Origin: Lama glama
Taxonomy: Eukaryota
Assembly: GCA_028534125.1 (NCBI GenBank)
Contig: CM052816.1
Span: 9,612,001-9,676,000 of the forward strand
DNA length: 64,000 nt
Direction: 5' to 3'
The translations under genes and the position numbers were made by a program. The notes below the pieces were generated by a model. The model was not told the DNA's origin, searched no databases, and was given only the letters and a program-made list of their open reading frames with translations. Numbering within the stretch: position 1 is the first letter of the stretch; each line of letters starts with the position of its first letter. Shown in pieces: positions 43,664-55,756 of the stretch.

Positions 43664-44914
43664 ATAAGCCATGATATCTTGAATGAGTCCCTACATTCTC
43701 CAAACCTCAATTTCATCATCTGTAAAATGGGAGTCAGTACCAATACCTACTTAGTAGAATTGTTTTGAATATTGAATGAGAGAATTCCTAAGTAGCACCA
43801 AGCACAGTGCCTGGCATATAATAAGCATTAAATTAAAACCAGAGATTGACACATTGTAATTGACTGTACTTAAATTTAAAAAAAAACTAATAAAAATCAG
43901 GCATATTTAGAAGTTTTTACGAGTCCCACCATGTATTCTTTCTAATATTTTATATTTTGGTATATATGTAATACATACATTTTCAAAAATTAGATCATAC
44001 TGTGTACACATCGTTTTATATCCTTACATTTCCCCCCCTTTTTTAAAACTTAACACTGTGTCATGATTATTTGTAGAAAACTTAATATATAAGGTCCAGT
44101 GGGACTTTTTTTTTAATCGTGTATGATTTAAAAAGGATGAGCCTTTAAGCAAAATGTCCAGCCAGAGGTTTTTGATGTTCTCAAGCAGATAAACCTTCTG
44201 GCTGCCCCAGAATGCAGAAACAAAGTGCCAGGTAGAACCTGAACTGGGGTCTGAAGGATGCAGGGAGGCACATGTGCAATTAGTGTACAAATATAGATAT
44301 GTGCTTGGCCCTTAATCTTATCTTGTGCAAGCTCTGGCCCCACATTTACAATGTCTTGATAACCTGAAAAGAAGGCAACTGTAGGCTAAAGAAGATACAT
44401 GTGAAAGTTGGTGACTCAGCTCATTCTTAGGTATGAAATCTCTGTGAAATTGCTAGGTGTAAGAAGCAGAATGGATTTCTCAAGTGGCCTGGGACAAGAA
44501 GAAAGTTGGCAGTAGAACATAGGTGTACTAAACATCAGGGAGAGGCATGGACAAGGATGTTTAAATAGCAGTACCGCCCTGGGAAAAGGAGCAGGTTTTA
44601 TTTGAGAAAACTGTACTTCCCTTCAGTCCTGCCATTGTCTTTTGAGATGCTAAGAACTACCTGGGGATGAAAACTGGAAAATACCAAACTTTTTGCCAGT
44701 AATTTCAGAGGGCGTTGGAGCATTTATATTTGTAGCATTACCATAAACAGTGACACAACTGCTTGCCCAAACTGCTTCCCAGGAAGTATTCATTACAGAT
44801 ATTCTATAAATTATTGAAGTCATCTATTATAACACTTATTTCCTGTTGCATGTTGCTCTTAGAACTATTATGCTAAAGAGATCTATATATTATCCTTTGA
44901 TAACACCTTTAAAA

Positions 44915-46352
44915 CTTGCTGAAGGACCCAGAATAGTCCAAACAATTTGAAAAACAGCAAAGTAGAAGAATGTACCCTTCCTAATTGCAAAACTTGCTGC
45001 AAAACTACAGTAATCAAGACTGTGATACTGGCATAAGGATGGAAATATAGACTAATAACATAAAACTTAAATAAACCCTTACTTATATTTATGGTCAATT
45101 GATTTTCAACAATACAGTGGAGAACAGTTTTCAACAAATGGTGCCAAGACAACTGGATGTCCATGTACAAAAAGTGAAGTTGGACTTTTGTTGAAGTTCC
45201 CCAACCTCGTACGATATACAGAAATTAACTCAAAATGGATCAAAGACATAAGTGTAAGAGCTAAAAATTGTAAAACTCTTGGAAGAAAACTCAGGAGTAA
45301 ACCTCCACAACCCTGAGTTCATCAGTGGTTTCTTAGATATGACAACAAAAGCATAAGCAACAATAAATAAACTGGACTTCATCAAAATTAAAATCTTCTG
45401 TGCTTCATAGGACACCATTAATAAAGTGAAAAGACAGTCCCAAAAATGGGAAAAAATATGCAAATCAATAACCGATTAAATACAATAAATTGTATCCAAA
45501 ATATATAAAGAACACTATAACTGAACAATAAAAAGGTAAATAATTGATTAAAAAGTGAGCAAAGACTTTGAATAGAGATTTTTCCAAAGAAGATACACAA
45601 ATGGATAATCAGTCCATGAAAAGATATCAAACATAATTTCTCACTAGGGAAATTGAAATTATAACCATGGGATACCACCTCACACCCATTAGGATGGTTA
45701 TTATATATATATAAAAAAAGATGGACACTAACTCATTTCTGGTAAGGCTGTGGGAAAATTGGAACCCTCACATGTTGCTGATGGGATTGTAAATTGTTGC
45801 AGCTGCTTTGGAAAACAGTTTGACAATCCCTTAAAATGTTCAGACATAGAGTTACTATATGACCCAGAGATCCCACTCCTAGAAATGTATACCCAAGAGA
45901 AATGAAAAGATATGTCCACACAAAACATTGTACATGAATGTTCACAGAAATGTTATTTCTAATAGCCAAAAAGTGTAAACTACCCAATGTCTGTTAATGG
46001 ACAGATGGATTGAAAAAAGCGGTATAGCCATACAATAGAGTATTAGCCATAAAAAGGCATGAAGAACTGATACATTCTACAATATGGATGAACCTTGATA
46101 GTCTTATGATCAAGGAAAGAAGCCAGAAACAGAAAGCCACATATTGTATGATTCCATTTATATTGATTGTCTAGAAGAGACAAATCGATAAAGAGAATAT
46201 AAACTAGTGATTGCCAGGTACTGGGGGGATGGTAGAATGGATACAGGTTTATTTTTGTTGGAAATTATTCTGAAGTTAGGTAGTGGTGATGGTTTCACAA
46301 CTCTGAATGTACTAAAGACTGCTGGATTGAGTATTTTAAAAGAGTAAATTTA
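44915..46352 (+). mobile_element. Old L1 (L1MB-like) ORF2 3' part and 3' UTR
   Basis: aaggacccagaatagtccaaacaatttgaaaaa..aaaactacagtaatcaagac..aaccctcacatgttgctgatggg..ggtagtggtgatggtttcacaactctgaatgtactaaa. Confidence 0.88.
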
Positions 46353-46724
46353 ATATTTACCCTGCTTTTAAGCTAAAAGCCTAAGGATAAATTCTTAGCA
46401 CTGAGAAGTTATTTTTCATTTCCTTGAAACCTTGGGATCCTAAGAAAGTCTGAAGAAAGGATGGTAAGAGAGAGCTAGTAATAAATTTGGGAGAAGGAAT
46501 AGCAATCATCTGTACAGTTTCTCTTCCCTCTAAGGAACCTCAGTGTGTGCCATGGAATTAGGACCACCACCTGGGAGGCCTACGAGATGAGATTTTGAGA
46601 ATGTCTGGAAAATACTGTTGTACTCTTTGAGGATGACTATGGTATAGGTTATGTGGTCTGAGTGAAGGAAAGAGTTGGTAAAATATGGAAAGAGAACTAG
46701 TCGCTGGTCTGAAAGCACATTTGT

Positions 46725-46838
46725 GGTAAGGTGACCTACTATTTCAGTTTGTCTGAGACTGTCCCACCGTAGCACTCTAAGTTTCTCATCCCAAGAAAAC
46801 GCTCAGTCTCAGGCAAACCAGGTTGGTCGATCTTCTAG
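46725..46838. mobile_element. MER94-like hAT-Blackjack MITE
   Basis: taaggtgacc..gtttgtctgagactgtccc..ctcagtctcaggcaaaccaggttggtc. Confidence 0.55.
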
Positions 46839-48108
46839 TTGGAAGCAACATAACAAGGATACTGCTGGCCTGCTGTGTGACTGGCATTATGCTGGACCTC
46901 CTTTATGCATTATCTTTCTCACTTCTCACAGCCAACCTCCAGGTAATTACTGAAATTCAGTTACCTGTCCTAGCTCATATAGTCTAAATAGAAGAGCTGA
47001 AATTCCAATTCAAAGTCTATAGCATCAGTCTTCACTCCGAACCACACACTCAGTTCTGAAAGACTGAGCCAATACAACAAGTGATAAATTTTCTTTTAAA
47101 TTACCTATGAAGAAAGAGTTAAGTTTAGAAATGCTTTTTATGCCCATTACCATACCCATTCTCCCTAGAACTCACTCATACAATCATTTATTCATTTATT
47201 CAGTAAGTACTTATGGTGCTTAAGTTGGGCCAGACACTGTTAAGTGTTCGAAATAAACCGAAATCTTGCTTTCTGACTTCATGGAGCTTATGTTTAGTAA
47301 AAGGTCAAAAATAAAGACACAGAAAATAAAATATTTATGAGTTATCATAAGAATTATGAGGGAAACAGAAGCATATTAACTTGGAAAATATCAGAGGTAA
47401 ATCTAGGTAGGATAGAATGTATCTATAAAGAAGGAATATTCAGGCTGAAAACTAGACGATGAAAAAGACCCAGCCTATGAAAATCATGGGGAAAACATTC
47501 TTACAGGAGAGGACAGTTTGCCCAAAGGTTCTGAAGCAGGAAAGAGCTCTGTACATTTGAAAATACGTGGAAAGAGGAATCAGTGTGGTCAGAGCATATT
47601 TAGCAAGTGAAGCAGGAAATATAACCTCAGATTTGTAAAGGTTTGTAAAGTCTTAAGGTTTGGAGGAGTTACTAGATTTGCCAATATCACTTAACTGCAG
47701 AGACAGGACTCAACCAAAGTCTTCAGGCTGAGTGCTGTGATTTGTTGCTTTTAATTGTTGTCTTGAAAAGGATGATTTTCCGTACAGTTATGATTTTCAA
47801 ACATTTTAGGAACAAAACTTTTTTATGTAAAATCTCATGTTGAAACCTCATGTTCAGCACAGGCAAAGGGAGGCTTCTCTGCTGGAGTTGTAGGTGGGAC
47901 TCAGAATCTCAGTTGTTTAGTCCGTGTTACCCCCATACCCCTTGGGTTCAGCCAGTGGAACTGAAACCCCAATGACATTGTTTTTAGTTTAGAGAATCAC
48001 ATCTTAAGGAGTTCACACATTTCCCCAAATATGTTGGAGTGTTATCAGTCAGCTACACATTAAATTCTCAAAAGAGGGTTCTGTTTTGGTTTTGATGTTT
48101 TCACTTAC

Positions 48109-48239
48109 ATGTTAGCAAAACAGTACACGCAGAAGTTAGGATAGGTAACGTTATTAGAGGCACATAATAGGCTGACTCTTATGGAGCATACGCGTTTCCG
48201 CTGTACAGACTTCTTTTGATAATAACTGCATGAAAGTTC
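48109..48239 (-). CDS. Kazal-type serine protease inhibitor (SPINK-like) exon 3: ELSCSYYQKKSVQRKRVCSIRVSLLCASNNVTYPNFCVYCFAN
   Basis: Acceptor ttttgttttag|GAA, donor AT|gtaagt; 131 nt, phase 0 to 2; Kazal signature C-x7-C-ASNNVTYPN-x-C-x2-C. Confidence 0.93.
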
Positions 48240-49608
48240 CTAAAACAAAATTCATAGGTCAGACTCTCTTAATGGCTTCTAATATAAGTACTTGGTTGTT
48301 TTATTTTGCACAGAGATGAGATAATGATAAGTCTTTTTTTAAACTTTGAACCTGAAAATGTCTTTATCTTAAATTTAGCGGAGTCTTTGGGATTTCTTCT
48401 CTGAAAGACAGCTGAGACAATACAGCCCTGATTCTTGGCTGTGTAATGGATAGCTGTGACTTGTTAGAAGGGGAGATTATTCTGGGAAATGGGAGTCCAG
48501 GGGCCTTTGGACTCATTTTAGTTTCATCAAAACCCACCCTTTAACTCTTGTGCCTGGATAGGGTCACCCTGTGTGGTCCTGCTCTGGTGTTGGCCACAGT
48601 TCAGTCTCTTGAATATAAGGGAGCTGGAATAGTGAGGGAAGAAGCTACCAGGTTTGGATTTTACCACCATCTCTCCATTTTATTTTGATTCCTTCACTAC
48701 TACCAGAGTTGGAGAATTCTGGCTGGTCTTAGAGGAACTTGAGTGACAGAATAATTTGCAGGCAAAAAAGAGACTTGGGAAGTTCATGAAAATTGTGTAA
48801 TGAGCAGATTAGGAAAGTGCTGCCACAATTCTCCGCTTTATAGGTTGAGATCACAGTTAGCGTGTATATCCAGGTTATCAGGCCACTGCCCTGTCTACAG
48901 AACTTCAGTGGCTCCCATTACTTACAGGAATGCTCCCACACTTCAGTCACTTGGTTCATGATTCCTTCCAAAGTCATGTGTCATTTTTCTTTAAAACCAT
49001 TTTTCTTGAATTGGCTGCCTTTTAAAACTTGACTACTCACATTAGATTCATTCTAAGCATGAATATCCATGATGTCTTGAATTTGAAGTTGTAATTATAT
49101 TTTTCCTAACACACATTTTGAAAGATATAATTGTTGCAATAAAAGATATCCATGGGCATATTCACTAAAATCATCACTAATACTATTAGAAGGTATTCAA
49201 GTCACTCTTGGGAAATACTGTTTATGTCTCTTATCTCCTAAATATTTTAATGATTAAGCTCACATAGTTTGCTCAGAAGGCTTTACCAAAGAATTGATTC
49301 TTTAGTGGGTTCCTAAAGGAAGAAATGACTTCTGAAATTGGATATAAGTATGGAAAGAAGGATAGTTTAATTAGGGGGAATTCTAATACGGAAACAAACT
49401 GGACTGGCAGGGACCCCAAAATAGTTAGCTAAAACCTGAAGTAAGAGAAGGAGAGTTCTCCTTTTAGAGAGAAAGAGGCTGGGTCAAGGAGGATATGCAA
49501 AAAGTTTATCCTAAGGATACTAAAAGTCAGTGCTTTCAGAAGGGAGCCTCCTCAATCAGATTTGCATTTTAAGAAAGCCCATTCTTCTGATTATGGAGAA
49601 GATTAGCA

Positions 49609-49803
49609 CTGGGATTGACAAACTTTGCCCATTAAGAGCCAGGTAGTGAATATTTTCCTATTAAAAGCCATAGGTTCTCTGTTGCTCAGTTCTGTTACTG
49701 CAGCCTGAAAGCAGCCAGAGACGCTGTGTAAACAAATGATTGTGCCTGTGTTGCAATAAAACTCTGTTTTCAAAAACAAGTGGCCATAGTTTGCCAACCT
49801 CTG
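49609..49803 (+). mobile_element. MER58A-like hAT MITE
   Basis: gacaaactt..aagagccaggtagtgaatatttt..aaagcagccagagac..gtgcctgtgttgcaataaaact..ggccatagtttgccaacctctg. Confidence 0.75.
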
Positions 49804-50135
49804 GATTAGACTAAGTGCAAGGAGATGGCTCTTGCAATAATATGGGCAAGAATTGAGAAGGGCTTGAATGGAAACATCAGCAGTGAACTTGGAGGAAAAA
49901 GTATTAAAAAAACAAAACTTAGCTTTAGTTGCTGGTAATAGATAAGGAGGTGAAAGAGCAGTAAGAGATAGGGATGTGTCCTGGTTTTCCTCAGAACCAT
50001 ATAAACTGGCATTTCTATAGATCAAAATGGTCAAATATTAGCAGTTACATATGGTTTAATATGGGTCAACCTAAAAGAAATGCTATATGCTTACGATTGG
50101 AAAAATCATTCTTAGGCAGGAAGTAGCAGACTTAC

Positions 50136-50176
50136 CTCGTAGTCAGTGTTACCAGGATTGTTTGCAAAAAAAATAT
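50136..50176 (-). CDS. SPINK-like exon 2: (H)IFFANNPGNTDYE
   Basis: Acceptor cttttttctag|AT, donor GAG|gtaagt; 41 nt, phase 1 to 0, as expected for the short second SPINK exon. Confidence 0.82.
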
Positions 50177-51326
50177 CTAGAAAAAAGGATCCAAAAAAAT
50201 GTAGTGTTGAGACGTGAACAACTAATTCACCCATTATGTAATCCCATGTAAATTAATTACCATGAAAATCATGGAAAAACACGTGGCTCCACCCAAGCTT
50301 TATCTGGCCATGCCTGATTCCCACTGTTTACTTCTTCTCTTGCCTGAGACGCTTAATGTGCCACCTGAGAATTCAACCTTAGCCCATTCCTGCTTTAATT
50401 CTGACCTTAGGCCGGAGAGATTTAAACCCAAGTTTCATCCTCTGGGACTCAGCATATCATCCGCTACTGGGCATCTCACACATTGTGTGGACTCATTTTA
50501 GAGAAAAGTCTAGTTCTTGATAGTTGTCCTCCTAGTCACCTGCTAACAGAACTCTTAGATACCTGCCTTCATTTTTTAAAATTATTATTTCCTGTCTTGA
50601 AATACTCTTTTTCCAAAATCTCTCTGCTTCTAAGGAAGCCTCTTCCTTTGTTCGGGCCTCTGTGTCAACAGGTGCTTACCCAGACTATTAAGGATTCCTG
50701 TTACCTTCGTACCTTATACCCATTTCATAGCCTTGACTTCTTTCAGCTGCTGCAGCTGAGGCTTCTTGCCTCCCCTTCAGCCTGCACCATCCTGCCAGCA
50801 GATTCAGTTTGCCATCATGGACTCCCTTGTTGGTGGCATTTTGCTGGAGTTAGTTAGGAAGAGCTGAGCCCTCTCTTGAGCTTTGTTTTGGTAGCATCGG
50901 GTTGTCCTGTAATGGTAAGCCATGTCCAAAACTGACACTTCTTTGTGTACGAGGCATTTGTGTGCATTCACACACAAAATACAAGTGTGTGGCAATGTCT
51001 GGTGGGCAAGGACTAGGAAGAAGCAGGAGAGAGGATATTGATTATCAACTCGGAAACCAATTATTTGTCAAATGTTAGTTACACCCTTTATGGATCATCC
51101 CTTAAAATGTCTTGAGTCTAAACCTGTCTTTGGCAGAATTCTTGGGATGTTAGAAAATGAATTGAACCACTGATACTCATTTTAGTTGAGGCCTTGAATT
51201 CTTTATCTCTGAGAGAAACTTCAAAGTTTCACAAATCTCTACATCTAAAAACTAGTTACTGTCGGCTTGTTACTTCCCTTAGATTAATTGTTTACCCCGT
51301 CCTGAGATTCTTTGATAAATCCTTAC

Positions 51327-51372
51327 GTGTGAAATAGCCAAAAGCCAGGACAGCCACAAAGAAAGTTTTCAT
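51327..51372 (-). CDS. SPINK-like first coding exon, signal peptide MKTFFVAVLAFGYFT
   Basis: aagATGA start, hydrophobic stretch, donor C|gtaagg; 46 nt, phase 1 matching exon 2. Confidence 0.8.
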
Positions 51373-51676
51373 CTTTTCCCTAGGGAACAGTGTGATTTAG
51401 CCACAGGAGTTCTTTCAGTTAAAAGTTTGATAGCAACTTCTAAGGCTCAGTTCTCTTGCTCCGAGGGCTGTGGTTCCATTATGAGAACCTCAGACCCCAT
51501 TATGAAGTCACTCGGCGAACAATCTGTGACACCAAGGGTGAAGTCACCAGGTCTCTGAAGACCAAGAAGACTTCCAGGGGGAACTGTTTAATTCTTGACA
51601 GGCTATGGAGCTATGGCATGATAGCATGCCTTAACATTGTTTTGTTTGATTGTCAAATTATTATTCAGTTTCATAG

Positions 51677-51678
<2 letters not shown>

Positions 51679-51717
<39 letters not shown>
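51679..51717. repeat. (TA)n microsatellite
   Basis: Directly visible. Confidence 0.95.
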
Positions 51718-51873
51718 ACTAGCTAGAAGAAACAAATGTGAAAAAGATGAACTTAATGAGTAATTCTGGGAAACTATTTCAAAATTTACGTATCTGCCTT
51801 TAACACCTGCTCCCCTCGACCCAAAGATTCTGATTCAGTAGATACAGAGTGTGACTCAAGCCATATAACACAT

Positions 51874-52060
51874 GGGGGGAGGGAGGGTATAGCTCAGTGA
51901 AAGAGTACAGTGCTTAGCATGCACAGGGTCGTGGGTGCAATCCCCAGTACCGCCCTTAAAAATAAACAGATAAGCCTAGTTGCCTCCCCCCCTCAAAACA
52001 AAACAAAACAAAACAACCCCCCCAACCAAAAACAAATGAAAAAAACACAAGAAATAAAAG
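51874..52060 (+). mobile_element. tRNA-derived SINE of camelid Vic-1 type, apparently inside a MER5-like element
   Basis: gggagggtatagctcagtg (A box)..gcttagcatgcac..gggtgcaatccccagtac (B-box-like)..taaaaataaa..ctcccccc, then an A-rich tail. Confidence 0.8.
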
Positions 52061-52826
52061 ACCTAACACAAACACACACACTTAAGTGCATGGTGCTGTC
52101 TGATTTACCTCTTTAACTGAGAACCAATGGATTAGGAGACCACAATTTTCTACTAAAGAAAATCTGGGTCCTTTACTCCCTTACTTCTTGAAGGCAATTG
52201 TTCTATTCCGTTAGGTCAGTCTCTTTATTCTTTATTATTACCATACTCATTCCTACTTGCCTAGTCATAGCATCTACTATCTCATATTTAATATGAAACA
52301 TATTAAAGAAATAATCAGGAGGCATGCGTAGAAACTCAAGTCCATTATGTGTGATTTCTGCCATAAAACCTGGCTTGCATAACAAGGCAGGGTCCTGAAG
52401 GTCGTGAAAAATCAGTAATTCTGTACTGAAGGTTGTGCTATGACCAAGTGTAATGGGGCTTAGTTCAGATTGTTACCAAAACAAAGACATGAGAAAATCA
52501 GGCCTAACTTTTAAGGAAGGATGTCTTATTTTAAAAATACCATCAGTTCTGAGATTTTTCCCAGAACTTCTTCCTGGGAAATTTGACTCCAGAGGTCACC
52601 AACCTAACCACTCCATTATTTAGCATTTTGGCCCATCATAAAGAGCTCACTGAGGACAAGGATCATCTTACTCATCATTGCATCTTTGGCCTCTAAGAAT
52701 TGGTTAAAAGACTGTGGTATTAAAACAATTTTCTGAACACTCCAGTTGCTTAACAGTGAAACAGGCTGCTTTATGGAGGCCTGAATTCTGCATCTTCAGG
52801 GTTATCCAGGCAGGAACAAAAGTTGA

Positions 52827-53326
52827 NNNNNNNNNNNNNNNNNNNNNNNNNNNNNNNNNNNNNNNNNNNNNNNNNNNNNNNNNNNNNNNNNNNNNNNNNN
52901 NNNNNNNNNNNNNNNNNNNNNNNNNNNNNNNNNNNNNNNNNNNNNNNNNNNNNNNNNNNNNNNNNNNNNNNNNNNNNNNNNNNNNNNNNNNNNNNNNNNN
53001 NNNNNNNNNNNNNNNNNNNNNNNNNNNNNNNNNNNNNNNNNNNNNNNNNNNNNNNNNNNNNNNNNNNNNNNNNNNNNNNNNNNNNNNNNNNNNNNNNNNN
53101 NNNNNNNNNNNNNNNNNNNNNNNNNNNNNNNNNNNNNNNNNNNNNNNNNNNNNNNNNNNNNNNNNNNNNNNNNNNNNNNNNNNNNNNNNNNNNNNNNNNN
53201 NNNNNNNNNNNNNNNNNNNNNNNNNNNNNNNNNNNNNNNNNNNNNNNNNNNNNNNNNNNNNNNNNNNNNNNNNNNNNNNNNNNNNNNNNNNNNNNNNNNN
53301 NNNNNNNNNNNNNNNNNNNNNNNNNN
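52827..53326. other. Assembly gap (500 N)
   Basis: Run of N. Confidence 1.
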
Positions 53327-53455
53327 GCCTTAGTTTCTTCAGATAGTCATTTGATCATTCAGTAAATATTAATGAGCATTTACTCTTAGAGGCTATATTA
53401 CATCTTGGGTATACCATAAATAATGAAAAACTTTGCCACTGTCTTTTGTTTAGCT

Positions 53456-53906
53456 TGACAGAGATTTTCTTCTTGAACAAACTTGAGTTAGGCTCCTCTA
53501 AGTTCTCTTCTCAACTAGGCCTTGACCTTGCTCCCACCCCGCAACCCTCTCCTCCCATCTACCTCGTGTCTTTGGCCTGCCCAACCCTGTCTTAACATAG
53601 AATCCTGCTAACTCATCCCTCTGCTGTTGATATCTGAGCATCCCTGATATCTGATCAAATTCTTCATCCCCCACTTTTAGTATATAAGTCCTTGGCCTGC
53701 CTTTAGCAAGAATCATCTTTAATATCTTGCATTAGTAATTTTCCATCTGCTGACCTCCTCACCCTGCTTCTTGGTTAAAATCCCTGCTTGTTGTATTCAG
53801 AGTTGAGCCCAATCTCTCTCCCTCATTGCAATAGGGATATTCAAGATTATACCTTGAATAATGTCTTCCTTACTATTTTAACATTTCAAATAACTTTTCT
53901 TTAACA
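53456..53906 (+). mobile_element. Solo LTR, MER31-like (ERV1), perfect 4-bp TSD
   Basis: tgacagagattttcttcttgaacaaactt..aggctcctct...ctttaaca; TSD AGCT at 53452-53455 and 53907-53910. Confidence 0.82.
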
Positions 53907-53984
53907 AGCTTGCAGGGTGAAGCTAATAATGGCACCATATCACCATGAAATGAATTTATTTTAACAATTTAACCTTTCCAAGTT

Positions 53985-55756
53985 TGGCATTATTTCATTC
54001 TTTTTTTATTGCTGAGTAATTCTCCATTGTGTGTATGTCTGTATACACACACACACACACACACACCTTCTTTATGGACATTTAGGTTGCTTCCATGTCT
54101 TGACTATTGTAAACAGTTCTGCTGTGAACATTGGGGTGCACGTATCTTTTTGAATTAGAGTATTCTCCAGATATATGCCTAAGAGTGGGATTGCTGGATC
54201 ATAGGGCAATTCTATTTTTAGCTTTTTAAGGAAACCCCATATCGTTTTCCATAGTGACTATCAATTTACATTCCCACCAACAGTGTAGGAGTGTTCTCTT
54301 TTCTCCACACCTTCTCCAGCATTTGTTATTTGTAAACTTTTTATTGATGGACATTCTGATGAATGTGAGGTGGTAACTCATTAGAGTTTAGATTAGTGTT
54401 CTTCTGATAATTAGTGATATTGAACATCTTTTCAAGTGCCTCTTGGCCATCTGTGTGTCGTCTTTGGATAAATGTCTGTTTAGGTCTTCTGCCCACTCTT
54501 TTTATTGGGTTGTTTGTGTTTTTGTTATTGAGTTGTATGAGCTGTTTATATATTCTGGAAATTAAGCCCTTGTCAGTTGCAATGTTTGCACATATTTTCT
54601 CCCATTCCATAGACTGTCTTTTTATTTTGTTTATACTTTCTTTCACTGTGCAAAAGCTTGTAAGTTTAATTAGGTCCCATTTGTTTATTTTTGCTTTTGT
54701 TTCTGTTGCCTTGGTAGGCTGGATTAGAGAACATTGCTATGATTTATATCAGAGAATGTTTTGCCTATGTTCTCTTCTAGGAGTTTTATGGTGTCACATA
54801 TTATATTTAGGTGTTTAAACCATTTTGAGTTTATTTTTGTATATGGTGTGGTGGAATGTTCTAATTTTACTGATTTACGTGTGGCTGTCCTGCTATCCCA
54901 ACACCACTTGCCAAAAAGACTATCTTTTCTCCATTGTATATTCTTGTCTCCTTCGTCATAGATTAATTGACCATACGGGTATGGATTTATTTCTGGGCTC
55001 CCTATTCTGTTCCATTGAACTATTTCTGTTTTTGTGCCACTACCATGCTGTTTTGATTACTGTAGCTTTGTAGTATTGTCTGAAGTCTGAGTGGGTTATT
55101 CCTCCAGCTTTGTTCTTTTTCTTCGGTATTGCTTTGCCAATTCTGGGTCTTTTGTGATTTCGTATAAATTTTAGAATTGTTTGTTCTATTTCTGTGAAAA
55201 ATGTTCTGGGTAATTTGATAGGGATTGCATTAAATGTGTAGATTGCTTTGGATAGTATGGCCGTGTTAACAATATTAATTCTTCCAATTCAAGAGCATGG
55301 GATATCTTTCCATTTCTTTAAATCATCTTTAATTTCTTTAATCAGTGTTCTATAGTTATCTACCTGTAAGTCTTTCGCCTCCTTGGTCAGGTTTATTTCT
55401 AAGTGTTTTTTTTATATGTGATTTTAAAAGGGATTGCTTTTTTACTTTCCCTTTCTATTTTATCATTTGTGTAAAAAAATGCAGCAGATTTCTGTATGTT
55501 GATATTGTATCCTGCTACCTTGCTGAATTTGTTTACCAGCTCTAGTAGTTTTCGTCTGGAGTCTTGAGGGTTTTCTTTATATAGTATCATGTCATCTGCA
55601 GATAATGACAGTTTTACCTCTTCTCTTCCAATTTGGATCCCTTTAATTTCTTTTTCTTTTCTGACTGCTGTGGCTAGAACTTCCAGTATTATGTTCAATA
55701 GAAATGGTGAGACTGGGCATCCTTGTTTTATTCCAGATTTTAGCAGGAAGGCTTTC
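53985..55756 (-). mobile_element. L1 ORF2 fragment (RT to C-terminus), lacking the 3' terminus
   Basis: Peptides [50 protein letters not shown]. Confidence 0.92.

Noticed and set aside
47101..47120. Acceptor-like tctttcttcatag|G as an alternative SPINK last exon
   Set aside because: Would give an immediate stop (ATG TAA) and lose Cys VI; the 40615 exon fits Kazal spacing exactly
51384..51398. Androgen-response-element-like GGAACAgtgTGATTT next to the SPINK ATG
   Set aside because: Second half-site is poor, and it overlaps the putative splice acceptor; chance match likely
51881..51955. Possible tRNA gene
   Set aside because: Degenerate boxes followed by a SINE body and A-rich tail; it is a SINE head
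52714..53365. Long ORFs of 210 and 180 aa (also 40742..41095)
   Set aside because: Artefacts of translating N runs
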